Positions 1 through 12,500 of a DNA stretch of 64,000 bases are shown here, piece after piece. Position 1 is the first letter of the stretch; each line of letters starts with the position of its first letter. Under the pieces are notes generated by a model. The model worked only from the letters and a program-made list of their open reading frames with translations, was not told where the DNA came from and ran no database searches. Made by a program: the position numbers and the translations under genes. Source of the stretch: Squalus acanthias (lineage: Eukaryota); contig CM059428.1 of the NCBI GenBank assembly GCA_030390025.1, positions 168,516,001 to 168,580,000 on the forward strand, given 5' to 3'.

Positions 1-513
1 GACAAATTGCTACTTTCTTGTGAGCTGATTAATTTCTGTCAGACTGAACTGAAGAATGTTATAATTTGCTATAACAGTTTAAGCATGTCACAGGACCATA
101 CACCCTAACTATGTCTGACGAGAAAACTGGTCTCCTACCCATTCTTAATTTAGTCCATATCGAGTGCATCACAAGTAGACACTCCATATCTACGTAATTC
201 CAGACTTCGCTGCAAGCTTCACAGAAAGTTGAATTTAGTTTAGAATACTTTTTCCAATGCATATACTAATATTTCAAACTAATGTCACACTAATGGGTAA
301 AAAATATAGAACATTGACTGTAAAATATATTGCAATTTCAATCTCCCAAAAAAGTGCTGGCTTTCATAAAATGTGGAGCTATTTAGAGCTAAAATATAAC
401 GTATAATTTGAACAAGGAAGCTATGTTGCCAACAATTATGGATAAAGTGTTGGATAAAATCTTGAGAGTATGGACAATAAACTATTCATTAACAGTAATG
501 GTTGTTGTCCTAC

Positions 514-543
514 CCTTCACTTTTAGGAAACCCATTGTCTGCT
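514..543 (-). pseudogene. 3' remnant of an Ig exon (QTMGFLKVK plus donor), truncated by a CR1 insertion
   Basis: Matches the 3' end of exon 4799-5065 and its GTAGGA donor; CR1 ORF1 sequence begins at 544. Confidence 0.85.
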
Positions 544-3500
544 TGTGGGAGCCGGTGGACCCCACTGAGGCTCACGGCGATTACATCTGTGACAGGTGTC
601 TGCTGCTACAGGATCTCCAGCTCCGTGTTGATGAGCTGGAGTCTGAGCTTCAGACACTGCGACACATCAGGGAGGGGGAGAAGTACCTGGACTCTGTGTT
701 TCAGGAGGTGGTCACACCTATGAAGTTAATTAATTCAGATGTAGCCCATGGTCAGCGACAGGACGGTGTGACTACGAGTGAGGCAGGTACGGGGATCCAG
801 GAGGTAGTGTTGGAGGAGCCGCAGCCCTTGCTCTCGTCCAACAGGTTTGAGGTTCTTACTCCCTGTAGGGGACAGGAGCAGGGACTGCAGGGAGGATGAG
901 CAACTTGGCCACAGCACCGTGGAACGGGGGGCCATTCAAGAGGGGGGAGTAAATAGAAATGTTGTAGTGGTAGGGGATAGTATTATTAGGGGGATAGATA
1001 AGAGTTCTCTGCAGCCGAGAGCGAGAGTCCCGTAGGCTGTGTTGCCTGCCCGGTGCCAGGGTTAAGGACATCTCCTCTGGGCTGGAAAGAAACTTGCAGT
1101 GGGAGGGGGTGGATCCAGTTGTCGTGGTCCATGTTGGTACAAACGACGTAGATAGGACAAGAAAGCCGGTTCTGTTAAAAGAGTATGAGCAGCTAGGGGT
1201 CAAATTAAAAAACAGAACCTCAAGGGTAATAATCTCTGGATTATTACCTGAGCCACGAGCGAATTTGGCAAGGACAAATAAAATTAGAGAGTTAAATGAG
1301 TGGCTCAAAGTCTGGTGTGGGAGAAATGGGTTTTGCTTCCTGGGACACTGGCATCAGTACTGGGGCAGGAGGGAGCTGTTCCGTTGGGACGGGCTTCACT
1401 TGGCCAGTGCTGGGACTAGAGTCCTGGCGGATCATATAACTAGGGCTGTAGAGAGGGCTTTAAACTAACTAGTTGGGGGGGGGGGGGGGGGGAGGATCCT
1501 AGAGAGCAAATAATAAAAATGACAACAGAGAAGGTCATAGACTTAGGTAGCAGTGGGGAAATTAAAAACCAGAGTGTGTCAGGAAGGGGCAGAAGGTATG
1601 GAGTAAAAGGTAAAGTAATAAAAAGGGCAAAAGCAGGAACTAAGTGTCACAAAACATATTTGAAAGTTCTCTATCTGAATGCACGTAGCATTCGTAACAA
1701 AATAGACGAGTTAATGGCACAAATAACTACATATGGGTATGATCTTGTGGCCATTACAGAAACATGGCTGCAGGGTGACAATGCCTGGGAATTAAACATA
1801 CCAGGTTATTTAACGATCAGGAAGGACAGGCAGGAAGGAAGGGGAGGTGGGGTGGCTATGTTAATAAAGGAAGGAATCACTGTAATACAGAGAAATGATA
1901 TTGGGTCAAAAGATCAGGATAATGAAACAGTTTGGGTGGAGATAAGGAATAATAAGGGGAAAAAAACACTAGTGGGCGTAGTCTATAGGCCTCTGAACAG
2001 TTGCAACTCTGTTGGACGGAGTAACAATCAGGAAATAGTTGAGGCTTGTAATAAGGGAACATCTATAATTATGGGGGATTTTAACTATCATATTAATTGG
2101 ACAAATCAAATTGGGCAGGGCTGCCTTGAGGATGAGTTCATTGAGTGTATTAGGGATGGGTTTCTTGAGCAGTATGTAACTGAACCGACCAGGGGGCAAG
2201 CAACCTTAGATCTGGTCCTGTGTAACGAGACAGGATTAATTAAAAATGCCCTAGTAAAGGATCCCCTTGGAATGAGTGACCATAACATGGTTGAATTCCA
2301 TATTCAATTAGAGGGTGAGAAGGTTGGATCTCAAACAAGCATGCTAAGCTTGAATAAAGGAGACTATGAAGGTATGCGAGCGGAATTGAGTAGAGTGGAT
2401 TGGGAAAATAGATTAAAGGGTAAGACGATACATGATCAGTGGTGTACATTTAAGGAGTTATTTTACAACTTCCAAAAATAATATATTCCACTAAGAAAAA
2501 GGTGTAAAAGAAAAGACAGTCATCCGTGGCTAAGTAAAGAAATTAAGGATAGTATTCGACTAAAAACAAGGGCTATAAGGTAGCCAAATCTAGTGGCAGG
2601 ATAGAGGATTGGAAAACTTTAAAAGACAGCAAAAAATAACAAAAAGATTGATTAAGAAAGGGAAGATAGATTATGAAAGTAAATTAGCAAAAAATATAAA
2701 AACAGAAAGTAAGAGTTTTTATAGTTATATAAAAAGAAAAAGGGTGGCTAAAATAAATGCTGGTCCCTTAGAGGATGAGACCGGGAAATTAATGGTGGGA
2801 AATATGGAGATGGCAAATATACTGAATGAATATTTTGTATCAGTCTTTACAGAAGAGGACACTAAGAATATCCCAACACTGGACAAACAGGGGGCTATAG
2901 GGGGGGAGGAGCTAAACACGATCAAAATCACTAAGGAAGTGATACTCGGTAAAATAATGGGACTCAAGGCGGATAAATCACCTGGACCTGATGGCTTACA
3001 TCCTAGGGTCTTGAGGGAAGTGGCGGTAGGGATTGTGGATGCATTGGTAATCATTTTCCAAAACTCCCTGGACTCAGCAAAGATCCCGGCAGACTGGAAA
3101 ACTGCTAATGTAACACCCTTATTTAAAAAGGGCAGTAGACAGAAGGCTGGAAACTATACACCGGTTAGCCTAACATCTGTGGTAGGTAAAATTTTGGAGT
3201 CCATTATTAAGGAGACAGTAACGGGACATTTGGATAATCATAATTTAATAGGACAAAGTCAGCATGGTTTTATGAAGGGGAAGTCATGTTTGACAAATTT
3301 GCTGGAGTTCTTTGAGGAAGTAACACACAGGGTGGATAAAGGGAAACCAGTGGATGTGGTGTATTTAGACTTCTAAAAAGGCATTTGACAAGGTGCCACA
3401 CAAAAGATTATTGCTTAAGATAAAAAATCACGGGATTGGGGGTAATATTCTGGCATGGATAGAGGATTGGCTATCTAACAGAAGGCAGAGAGCTGGGATA

Positions 3501-6500
3501 AATGGTTCATTCTCAGACTGGCAATCAGTAACTAGTGGTGTTCCGCAGGGGTCAGTGCTGGGTCCCCAACTCTTTACAATCTATATTAACGATTTGGAGG
3601 AGGGGACCGAGTGTAACATATCAAAGTTTGCAGATGATACTAAGATGGGAGGGAAAGTAGTGAGTGAGGAGGACATAAAAAATCTGCATGGGGACATAGA
3701 CAGGCTAAGTAAGTGGGCAGAGATTTGGCAGATGGAATACAATACTGGAAAGTGTGAGGTTATGCACTTTGGCAGGAAAAATAGTAGAGCAAGTTATTAT
3801 CTTAATGGCAAGAAACTGGAAAGTACTGAAGTACAAAGGGATCTGGGGGTCCTGGTGCACGAAACTCAAAAGGTTAGTATGCAGGTGCAGCAAGTGATTA
3901 AGAAGGCCAATGGAATGTTGGCTTTCATTGCTAGGGGGATAGAATGTAAAAATAGGGAGGTATTGCTTCAGTTGTACAAGGTATTGGTGAGACCGCACCT
4001 GGAATACTGCATACAGTTTTGGTGTCCATACTTAAGAAAAGACATACTTGCTCTCGAGTCAGTACAAAGAAGGTTCACTCAGTTAATCCCGGGGATGAAG
4101 GGATGGACATATGAGGAGAGGTTGGGTAGATTGGGACTCTACTCATTGGAGTTCAGAAGAATGAGAGGCGATCTTATTGAAACATATAAGATTGTGAAGG
4201 GGTTGGATCGGGTGGATGCGGGGAGGATGTTCCCGATGATGGGTGAAACTAGAACTAGGGGGCATAGTCTTAGAATAAGGGGCTGCACTTTCAAAACTGA
4301 GATGAGAAAGAACTACTTCACTCAGAGGGTGGTAGGTCCATGGAATATGCTGCCCCAAAAAGCTGTAGAAGCTACATCATTACATAAATTTAAAACAGAA
4401 ATAGACAGTTTCCTAGAAGTAAAGGGAATTAAGGGTTACGGGGAGCAGGCAGGAATTTGGACATGAGTCTAGGTTCGGATTGGTCATGGCCCTGTGGGTA
4501 GCGCAGCGGGCCCAGGGGCCGTGTAGCCTGATCCTGCTCCTATTTCGTGTGTCCAATTCTGTTAGGTTCAGGAGATGGTTCTGTGATAGTAGATTGGCAG
4601 TTAGGATCAGATCAGCCATGATCTTATTGAATGGCGGAGCAGGCTCGAGGGGCCAATTGGCCTACTCCTGCTCCTATTTCTTATGTTCTTATGAACAAGA
4701 AATCCATATCGCCAACAATTATGGATAAAGTGTTGAAAAAAATCTTATGAGAAGATGAACAATAAATTAATCATCAAGAGTAACGATTGTTGTCCTACCC
4801 TTTACTTTTAGGAAGCCCATTGTCTGCTGATCCCCTGAATCGCAGGTATATTCTCCAGCATCTTCGACTTTTAGGCTATGAATAAGCAGCTCAACACAGG
4901 AACCCTTTTGCTTCATTTCATGCTTCTCGCTTGAATGAAGTACCACAGATCCCTTCCTCCATTCCACTGGGGCGTCTGGTTTTGTGATCTCACAGTTCAG
5001 AATGGCAGTGCCATCCTCTTCAGCTTCCTTGTTCTGAAGCTCTTGTTTGAAAAGCACAGGAAGGGCTAAGGGAGACAGTAAATTAGGTCTCGATGATGTA
5101 CTTCAGTTATGGTTCAAAACTGATTTCTGAACACCCACAAAACCTCAAACAAGCTCACTAAAACAATGTTTGAGGAAGTTATTCAATTTTTTGGTTCTGC
5201 GAGCATTCCTGAACATTGTTCTTACGGTTGTTGACCTTTGACTTGCTGGACTGGATTACACCTTGCTGGTAACTGACAAATTGCTACTTTCTTGTGAGCT
5301 GATAAATTCAGTCAGCCTGAACTGAAGAATGTTATAATTTGCTATAACAGTTTAAGTATGTCACAGGACCATACACCTTAACGATGTTTGACGAGACAAC
5401 TGGTCTCCTACCCATTCTTAATTTAGTCCATATCGAGTGCATCACAAGTAGACACTCCATATCGACGTAATTCCAGACTTCGCTGCAAGCTTCACAGAAA
5501 GTTGAATTTAGTTTAGAATATTTTTTCCAATGCATATACTAATATTTCAAACTAATGTCACACTAATGGGTAAAAAATAAAGAACATTGACTATAAAATA
5601 TATTGCAATTTAAATCTCCCAAAAAAGTCATAGTCATAGAGTCATAACGGCACAGAAGGAGGCCATGTGGCTCATCGAGTCCGTGCTGGCTCTCTGAAGA
5701 GCAATCCAGTCAGTCCCATTCTCCCCGCTCTATCCCCGTGGCCCTGCAAATTTGGGCGCGATCTTGCCAGCCCTGGGGAGGCGGGCTAGCCGGGAAAACG
5801 GCAGAATGTGGGGGCAGGTGCCCATCCCGCCTCCGTGCCATCTTCCCAGGAGGCGGGTCGCCGACCTGCGCCGGGTCCCGTCTCCTGGAGGCGGGAAGGG
5901 GATTACAGCCACTTAACTGCCTGTTAACAGGTAGTTAACAGGCAGATAAGAGGATTATCCCCATTTTACCCACACAAGTGCGGGCTTCCCGGAGGCTGCG
6001 AACCTCGCCAGGGTCACCGAGGCGAGCAGTGGGTCTGCGGGGTGCAAAAGAGCGCTGTGAAGGTAAGTGAATGGTGCAAGTGTGGAGAGGTGAGTATATG
6101 AGGTAAGTGAAAGTGTTAGAAAAAGTTTACTTACCTTTGTTTCTTCCTGCAGGCTTCAATTGTTGGGGATGCGGAGAGTCTCGCATCTCCGCGGCAGAGA
6201 TGACAGATGGCTGCTGCATTCTCCAATGCAACAACCATCTAATTTCTGCTAAAAAATGAGGTTTGATGAGTCTTGAATACAAGAACTCATCAAACTACAG
6301 AGAATGTCAGCGTTTGACAGCTTCACAGAGCTGTCAAACGATGACAATTCATCTGTCAATGCGCTGACGTTCTCTGTAACCGGCTTCCCCTTAATTGGCC
6401 TGCTAAGCCCGCTGGGCGGGCTTAACAAGGTCAATCAAGGGAAAATAGCGTGGGTTGGCCACAAGTCGATGGAGGCGGGACTAAAACCCGACAAGTGGGA

Positions 6501-9500
6501 GTCCTGCCTCCAAAAGCTCCCCATTGGCAAAATCCAGCCCTTTATTTCCCTCAAGTGCCTATCCAGTCTCCCCTTGGAAACATTGAGTGTCTCTGTTTCC
6601 ACAACTTCCGTCGGCAAAGAATTCCAGGTCATCACCACTCACTGCGTTAAAACGTTTTTCCTCACATCCTCCCTGTATCTCTTGCCCAAAAACTTAAATC
6701 TGTGACCCCTAGTCCTTGTACCATCAACTAGTGGGAACAGCCTTTCCCCGTCTAGCCTATCCAAACCCGTCATAATCTTGTACACCTCTATCAAATCACC
6801 CCTCAACCTCCTTTGCTCTAATGAAAACAAATCCAGCTTCTTCAACCTGTCCTTGTAGCTAAGATCCCCCATTACCAGGAACCATTCTGGTAAATCTCCT
6901 CTGCACCCACTCGAGGGCCTTCACATCCTTCCTAAAGTGTGGTGACCAGAACTGGATGCAATACTCCAGTTGTGGCCTAACCAGCGCTTTATAAAGGTTC
7001 AGCATAACTTCTCTACTTTTGTACTCAATGGGGGAAAAATTGAGTCGCGCCCCCTTTGGGGTGCTAACTTCGCCGGGGCATTACTTTTAGCGCCCCAAAA
7101 AAATTAGCGCCGCCCACAGCCGAAATTAATCGGTAGCGCCCCAAGAGGGAAGCAGGGCGCTACTAGAAGCGCCCCGCCTCCCTCTTGGGGCGCTGTGAGG
7201 GGATATCGCGGCGCTACGTGCCGCAGTGCATGTCGCATCGCGGTACTGCAGGCCATCCTCCCCTTCTTAAAGGGGAGGGGCCTTGCGCAGCGCGACCCGG
7301 GGCCCTGCGCAGCGCGACCCGGGGCCCAGCTGGGCCACCAGGGAGCGGAGTGCAGGCAAAAGAGCCCAGCACTCAAGAGAAGTGCCGGGCTCACGGAGCT
7401 CAGCCGGCACTCCGCGGGGGGCGCTCCAGGGGAAGCCGGAGACGGCAACGAGGGCAGGTGCTGGCAGGCGGCCAGCAACAAAAATGGCCGCCCGGCACCT
7501 TGCCTTTAATTAACACCGCCCTGGCCACAGGTAGGCCCCCTTAACCCCATCGGATATAGCGTCCGGCAGTAAGTCAGGGGGCTCTACTGAAGATCGCAGT
7601 GCCGCGGGGCGCTAACGGTTACTGCCGCCGCTAACCTCCCGCTGAATTTCGCGGGATGCGTTGGCAGTGCTGCGCCTAGGCGCTAGTTGCTTTGCACCCC
7701 ATTAGCGCCCTCTTCGGTAGCGCCCCCCTGACTTACCGCCGGACGCTATATCCGACGGGGTCAGGGGGGCCTACCTGTGGCCAGGGCGGTGTTAATTAAA
7801 GGCGAGGTGCCGGGCGGCCATTTTTGTTGCTGGCCGCCTGCCAGCACCTGCCCCCGTTGCCGTCTCCGGCCTCCTCTGCAGCCCCCCCGCGGAGTGCCGG
7901 CTGAGCTCCGTGAGCCCGGCACTTCTCTTGAGTGCTGGGCTCTTTTGCCTGCACTCTTAGGGCGCTAACGGGAGGTGCAAAGCAACTGAATTTTTCCCCC
8001 ATAACCTCTATTTATGAAGCCCAAGGTCCCATATGCTTTGTTAACCACTCTCTCCATATGTCCTGCCACTTTCAGGGACCTATGCACATTAACTCCCAGG
8101 TCGCTCTGTCACTGCACACTCTTTAAAACTGTACTATTAAGTGTATATTGCTATCCCTGCTCCTTCTGCCAAAATGCATCAGCTCACCCTTCTCTATTTT
8201 AAATTCCATCTGCCACTTGTCTGCCCATTCTGCAAGCCTTTCTATGTCCTGTTGCAGTCGATTGGTATCATCACTGTTTGCCACACCCCCAAGTGTGAGA
8301 AGATGGACATACTACACTATTCATTAACAGTAATGGTTATTGTCCTACCCTTCACTTTTAGGAAGGCCATTGTCTGCTGATTCCCTGAATCGCAGGTATA
8401 TTCTCCAGCATCTTCAACTTTTAGTCTATGAATAAGCAACTCAATACAGGAACCCTTTTGCTTCATTTCATGCTTCTCGCTTGAATGAAGTACCACAGAT
8501 CCCTTCCTCCATTCCACTGGGGCATCTGGTTTTGTGATCTCACAGTTCAGAATGGCAGTACCATCCTCTTCAGCTTCCTTGTTCTGAAGTTCTTGTTTGA
8601 AGAGCACAGGAAGGGCTAAGGGAGACAGTAATTTAGTTCACGATGATGTACTTCAGTTAAGATTCAAAAACGATTTCTGAACACCCACAACATTTCAAAG
8701 AAGCTCACTAAAAAAACAATGTTTGAGATGGCTATTCACCATCAGGATTCTGTCACCATTCCTCAAAACCTTCAACTTGCACTTACATTTGTTGTCCCTA
8801 AAACCGCTGAATTAGATTACTCCTGGATGCTCACTGACAAATTGCTACTTTCTTGTGAGTTGATAATTTTTCTCAGCCTGTACTGAAGAACGTCACAATT
8901 TGCAATCACAGTTTACGTACGTCACAAAATCAAACACCATAATTGGTGTAAGGGAGTCAAGGGTTATGAGGAGTGGGCAAGGAAGTGGTGTTGAGGCCAA
9001 GATCAGATCAGCCATGATCTTATTGAATGGCGGAGCAGGCTCGAGGGGCCAAATGACCTACTCCTGCTCCTACGTCTTATGTTCTTATGTAACTACATCA
9101 AACAACACAACTGGTGTCCTACCCATTCTTAATTTAGTTCCTAATCAGTGCATCACAAGCATTTCTTTATAATTCCAGACTTCTCTGCATAACTTTGTAA
9201 AAAGTTCAATGCAGTGCAGAATATTTTTTCCAATTTATGTACTAATATATTTCAAATTAATGTCACACTAATGGGTAAAATAAATATAGAATACTGACTA
9301 TATAACTATGTTGCAAGTTCCACCTACCAAAAAGTGCTGACTTTCATAATAATATGTGGAGCTATTTTGGAATGAAACAAAAATTAAAATATCATTTGAA
9401 CAAGGAAGCCATATCGACAACAATTATGGATAAAGTGGTGGATGAAATCTTAAGAGAAGATGGACAACAAACTATTCGATAAGAGTATTGGTTGTTGTCC

Positions 9501-12500
9501 TACCCTTCACTTTTAGCACGCCCATTGTCTGCTGATCTCCTGAATCGCAGGTATATTCTCCAGCATCTTCGACTTTTAGGCTATGAATAAGCAACTCAAC
9601 ACAGGAACCCTTTTGTTTCAGTTCATGCTTCTCGCTTGGATGAAGTACCACAGATCCCTTCCTCCATTCCACTGGGGCATCTGGTTTTGTGATCTCACAG
9701 TTCAGAATGGCAGTACCATCCTCTTCAGCTTCCTTGTTCTGAAGCTCTTGTTTGAAAAGCACAGGAAGGGCTAAGGGAGACAGTAATTTAGTTCATGATG
9801 ATGTACTTCAGTTAGGATTCAAAGCTGATTTCTGAACATCCACAAAATTTGAAACAAGCTTGATGTGAGGAAGCTATTCACTATCAGGGTTCTGCTATCA
9901 TTCCTCAACAGCCTGAGCTTGCTATCATGGTTGTTATTGACATTAGAACAGCTGTTAAACTGACAAATTGCTACTTTCTTGCGTGTTAATTTCTGCCAGC
10001 CAGGAACTGAAGAATGTGAACATGTTCAATAACAGTTGATGTATGTCATAAAATCATATACAATAACCATGTCTAACAAGACAACTAGTCTCCTACACAT
10101 TCTCATTTTAGTCTCTATCGACTGCATCACAAGCAGACACTTGCCATTTCTATGTAATTCCAGACTTTTCTGTAAAGCTTCACTAAATGTTCAACACAGT
10201 TCAGAATATTTTTAACCAATGTATATACTAACATACATATACTAATATATTTCAAACTAATGGGTAAAAAGAACACTAACTATAAAACTGTTGCAATTTC
10301 CACCTCCCAAAAAGTGCTGACTTTCATAAAATGTGGAGGTATTTTGATGTCAAACAAAAAATAAAATATAATTTGAACAAAAAATCCATATCGCCAACAA
10401 TTATGGATAAAGTGTTGAATAAAATCTTATGAGAAGATGAACAATAAATTAATCATTAACAGTAATGGTTGTTGTCCTACCCTTCACTTTTAGGAAGCCA
10501 ATTGTCTGCTGATCCCCTGAATCGCAGGTATATTCTCCAGCATCTTCGACTTTTAGGCTATGAATAAGCAACTCAACACAGGAACCCTTTTGCTTCATTT
10601 CATGCTTCTCGCTTGAATGAAGTACCACAGATCCCTTCCTCCATTCCACTGGGGCATCTGGTTTTGTGATCTCACAGTTCAGAATGGCAGTACCATCCTC
10701 TTCAGCTTCCTTGTTCTGAAGCTCTTGTTTGAAAAGCACAGGATGGGCTAAGGGAGACAGTAATTTAGGTCTCGATGATGTACTTCAGTTAGAATTCAAA
10801 ACTGATTTCTGAACACCCACAAAACCTCAAACAAGCTCACCAACAGAAAACAATATTCAATTTCAGGGTTCTGCTAACATTCCTGAACAGCCTGAACGTT
10901 GCTCTCATGGTTGCTGTTGTCCTTAGAACTGCTGGATTGGATTATTACTTGCTGTTAACTTACAAACTGCATTAGGTTTTGTAACCTCACAGAGCAGAGT
11001 AATGGTACTAGTTTCTTTAGCTTCTCTAATTTGAAGCTCTTGTTTGAAAAGCAGAGCCAGGGCTGAGGGAAGCAGTATTTTAATTCATGATGTGTCGTAA
11101 TCAGCATGGATACCCTACTGTGATCTCTGAGAATCTAACTCCATTCAGCTTCACTGAAACAATAATGCATTCTAATAGTTAAGAGTATCATTCAGTTCTG
11201 CTTAAACAGCAGCCTAAAGTACTTGACCATACTACACTGGCAGTGATGTGATGCTACTATCATCTTTATTCTCTTTCATCAATGATATGCAGCTTCTGTT
11301 ACACTCTCTGCTCACTGTGTAGCAGCAAGATGTCTTAATATTTCTTTGGTTCAATTATTGCCTTGCAACTTGTAATACACATCTGTTTCCTTATATTTAG
11401 ATGCATTGCAGAATCTCAAAATTTAAATAGGGCAATCCAATTGTGATATTACAATTATGTGCGACATAATCTTATTTTATAAAGACAACCAGAGTCGATA
11501 ATAACATTATAGGGTTGATTCCAACTTGGGGGGGCGTTCGGGACAGGCATAGCAGGGCTGGCAGGAGTCCTCCACGGACTCAAAAGGTATGAGGCCCGAG
11601 TTCTTAAATTTTTTTTAATTGTCTGCACTGTCTCCCTTTTGAAGCCATAAGAGCTGGCAGGCTTAAGCGAGAAAGCAGGTGGAAGGCCGAGGCCACCAGG
11701 ACTCAAAGAAACAGTCCCCTGCATAAGATTAGTGCTGGTGGGGGGGGGGGGGGTCCTCCAAAGAACTGCTGGTAGTGAGTGAGGGAGGGAAGGCCGGGGC
11801 TAGAGAGGCTCAAGGATTCCTGCTCCTCCTGGCCCACAAGGAATCCTCCGAATTTTTTTTTTTTAAACTTACCTTGGCCTGTGCAGCATACTCTGCTGTA
11901 TCCCACCAGGTTTCTCTGGTGGGTTTGGTGCCATGTGGGCCTCCTGTTAGTTCAAGTTAAAATGGAGTCATGGATTTTCCATGTAATGCAAGTTCCATGC
12001 CTGATCTGAGGAAACACCCACACCCTCTTAACCCCCGCCACATCTCTCCCGCGAGCAGGATAAAAATTGACCCATAAGTTTTGCATAGTTTATCACAATC
12101 ACTATGATTTTTATCAAAGTATGACGTAAGATTTGTAGAGATATTGGTGGTAATTTTTACCTAGCTCCCCAGGCAGTCAGATCGGCCACCCGTTTTACAC
12201 CTCACCCAATTTTATTTTCCATTGAATTCCATTTCATTTCCAGTCAATGGAAAGGAAAATTGGGTGGGGTGTATAACAGGCGCCATGCCAAAGTTGAACT
12301 TCGCCATCATGAACTCACAAAATCCATAGTAATAAAAGTAATGATGTGGTCTTGCTAACAAAAGGTTAGCAAAAGTGGTCAGCGACATTAAAAACCTCAA
12401 ATGATTAAAATTCTCTATTTGAATTACAAATGTCTAATGAGTGTTGTCCTACCCTTCACTTTTAAGGAGGCAGTGGTTTGTTGATCTCCAGAATCACAGG

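Larger units (their letters stand above)
5628..8295 (-). mobile_element. 5'-truncated CR1 LINE split by two nested MITEs
   Basis: RT C-terminus ([21 protein letters not shown] 6639-6872); repeat tail at 5628; the element continues 8001-8295. Confidence 0.9.
1..11100. repeat. ~1-kb exon+intron tandem repeat array (Ig exon unit), interrupted by TEs
   Basis: 1-350 closely matches 5275-5627, with weaker copies at 8836-9330 and 9962-10310. Exons 9504 and 10481 are 977 bp apart. The four intact exons differ at only a few codons. Confidence 0.9.

Noticed and set aside
410-4828. A ~135-bp target-site duplication around the first CR1
   Set aside because: The flanks are too divergent for a TSD of a fairly well-preserved element; they are better explained as paralogous tandem units.
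7104-8002. GC-rich ORFs on both strands
   Set aside because: By-products of a GC-rich palindromic MITE; no recognisable domain.
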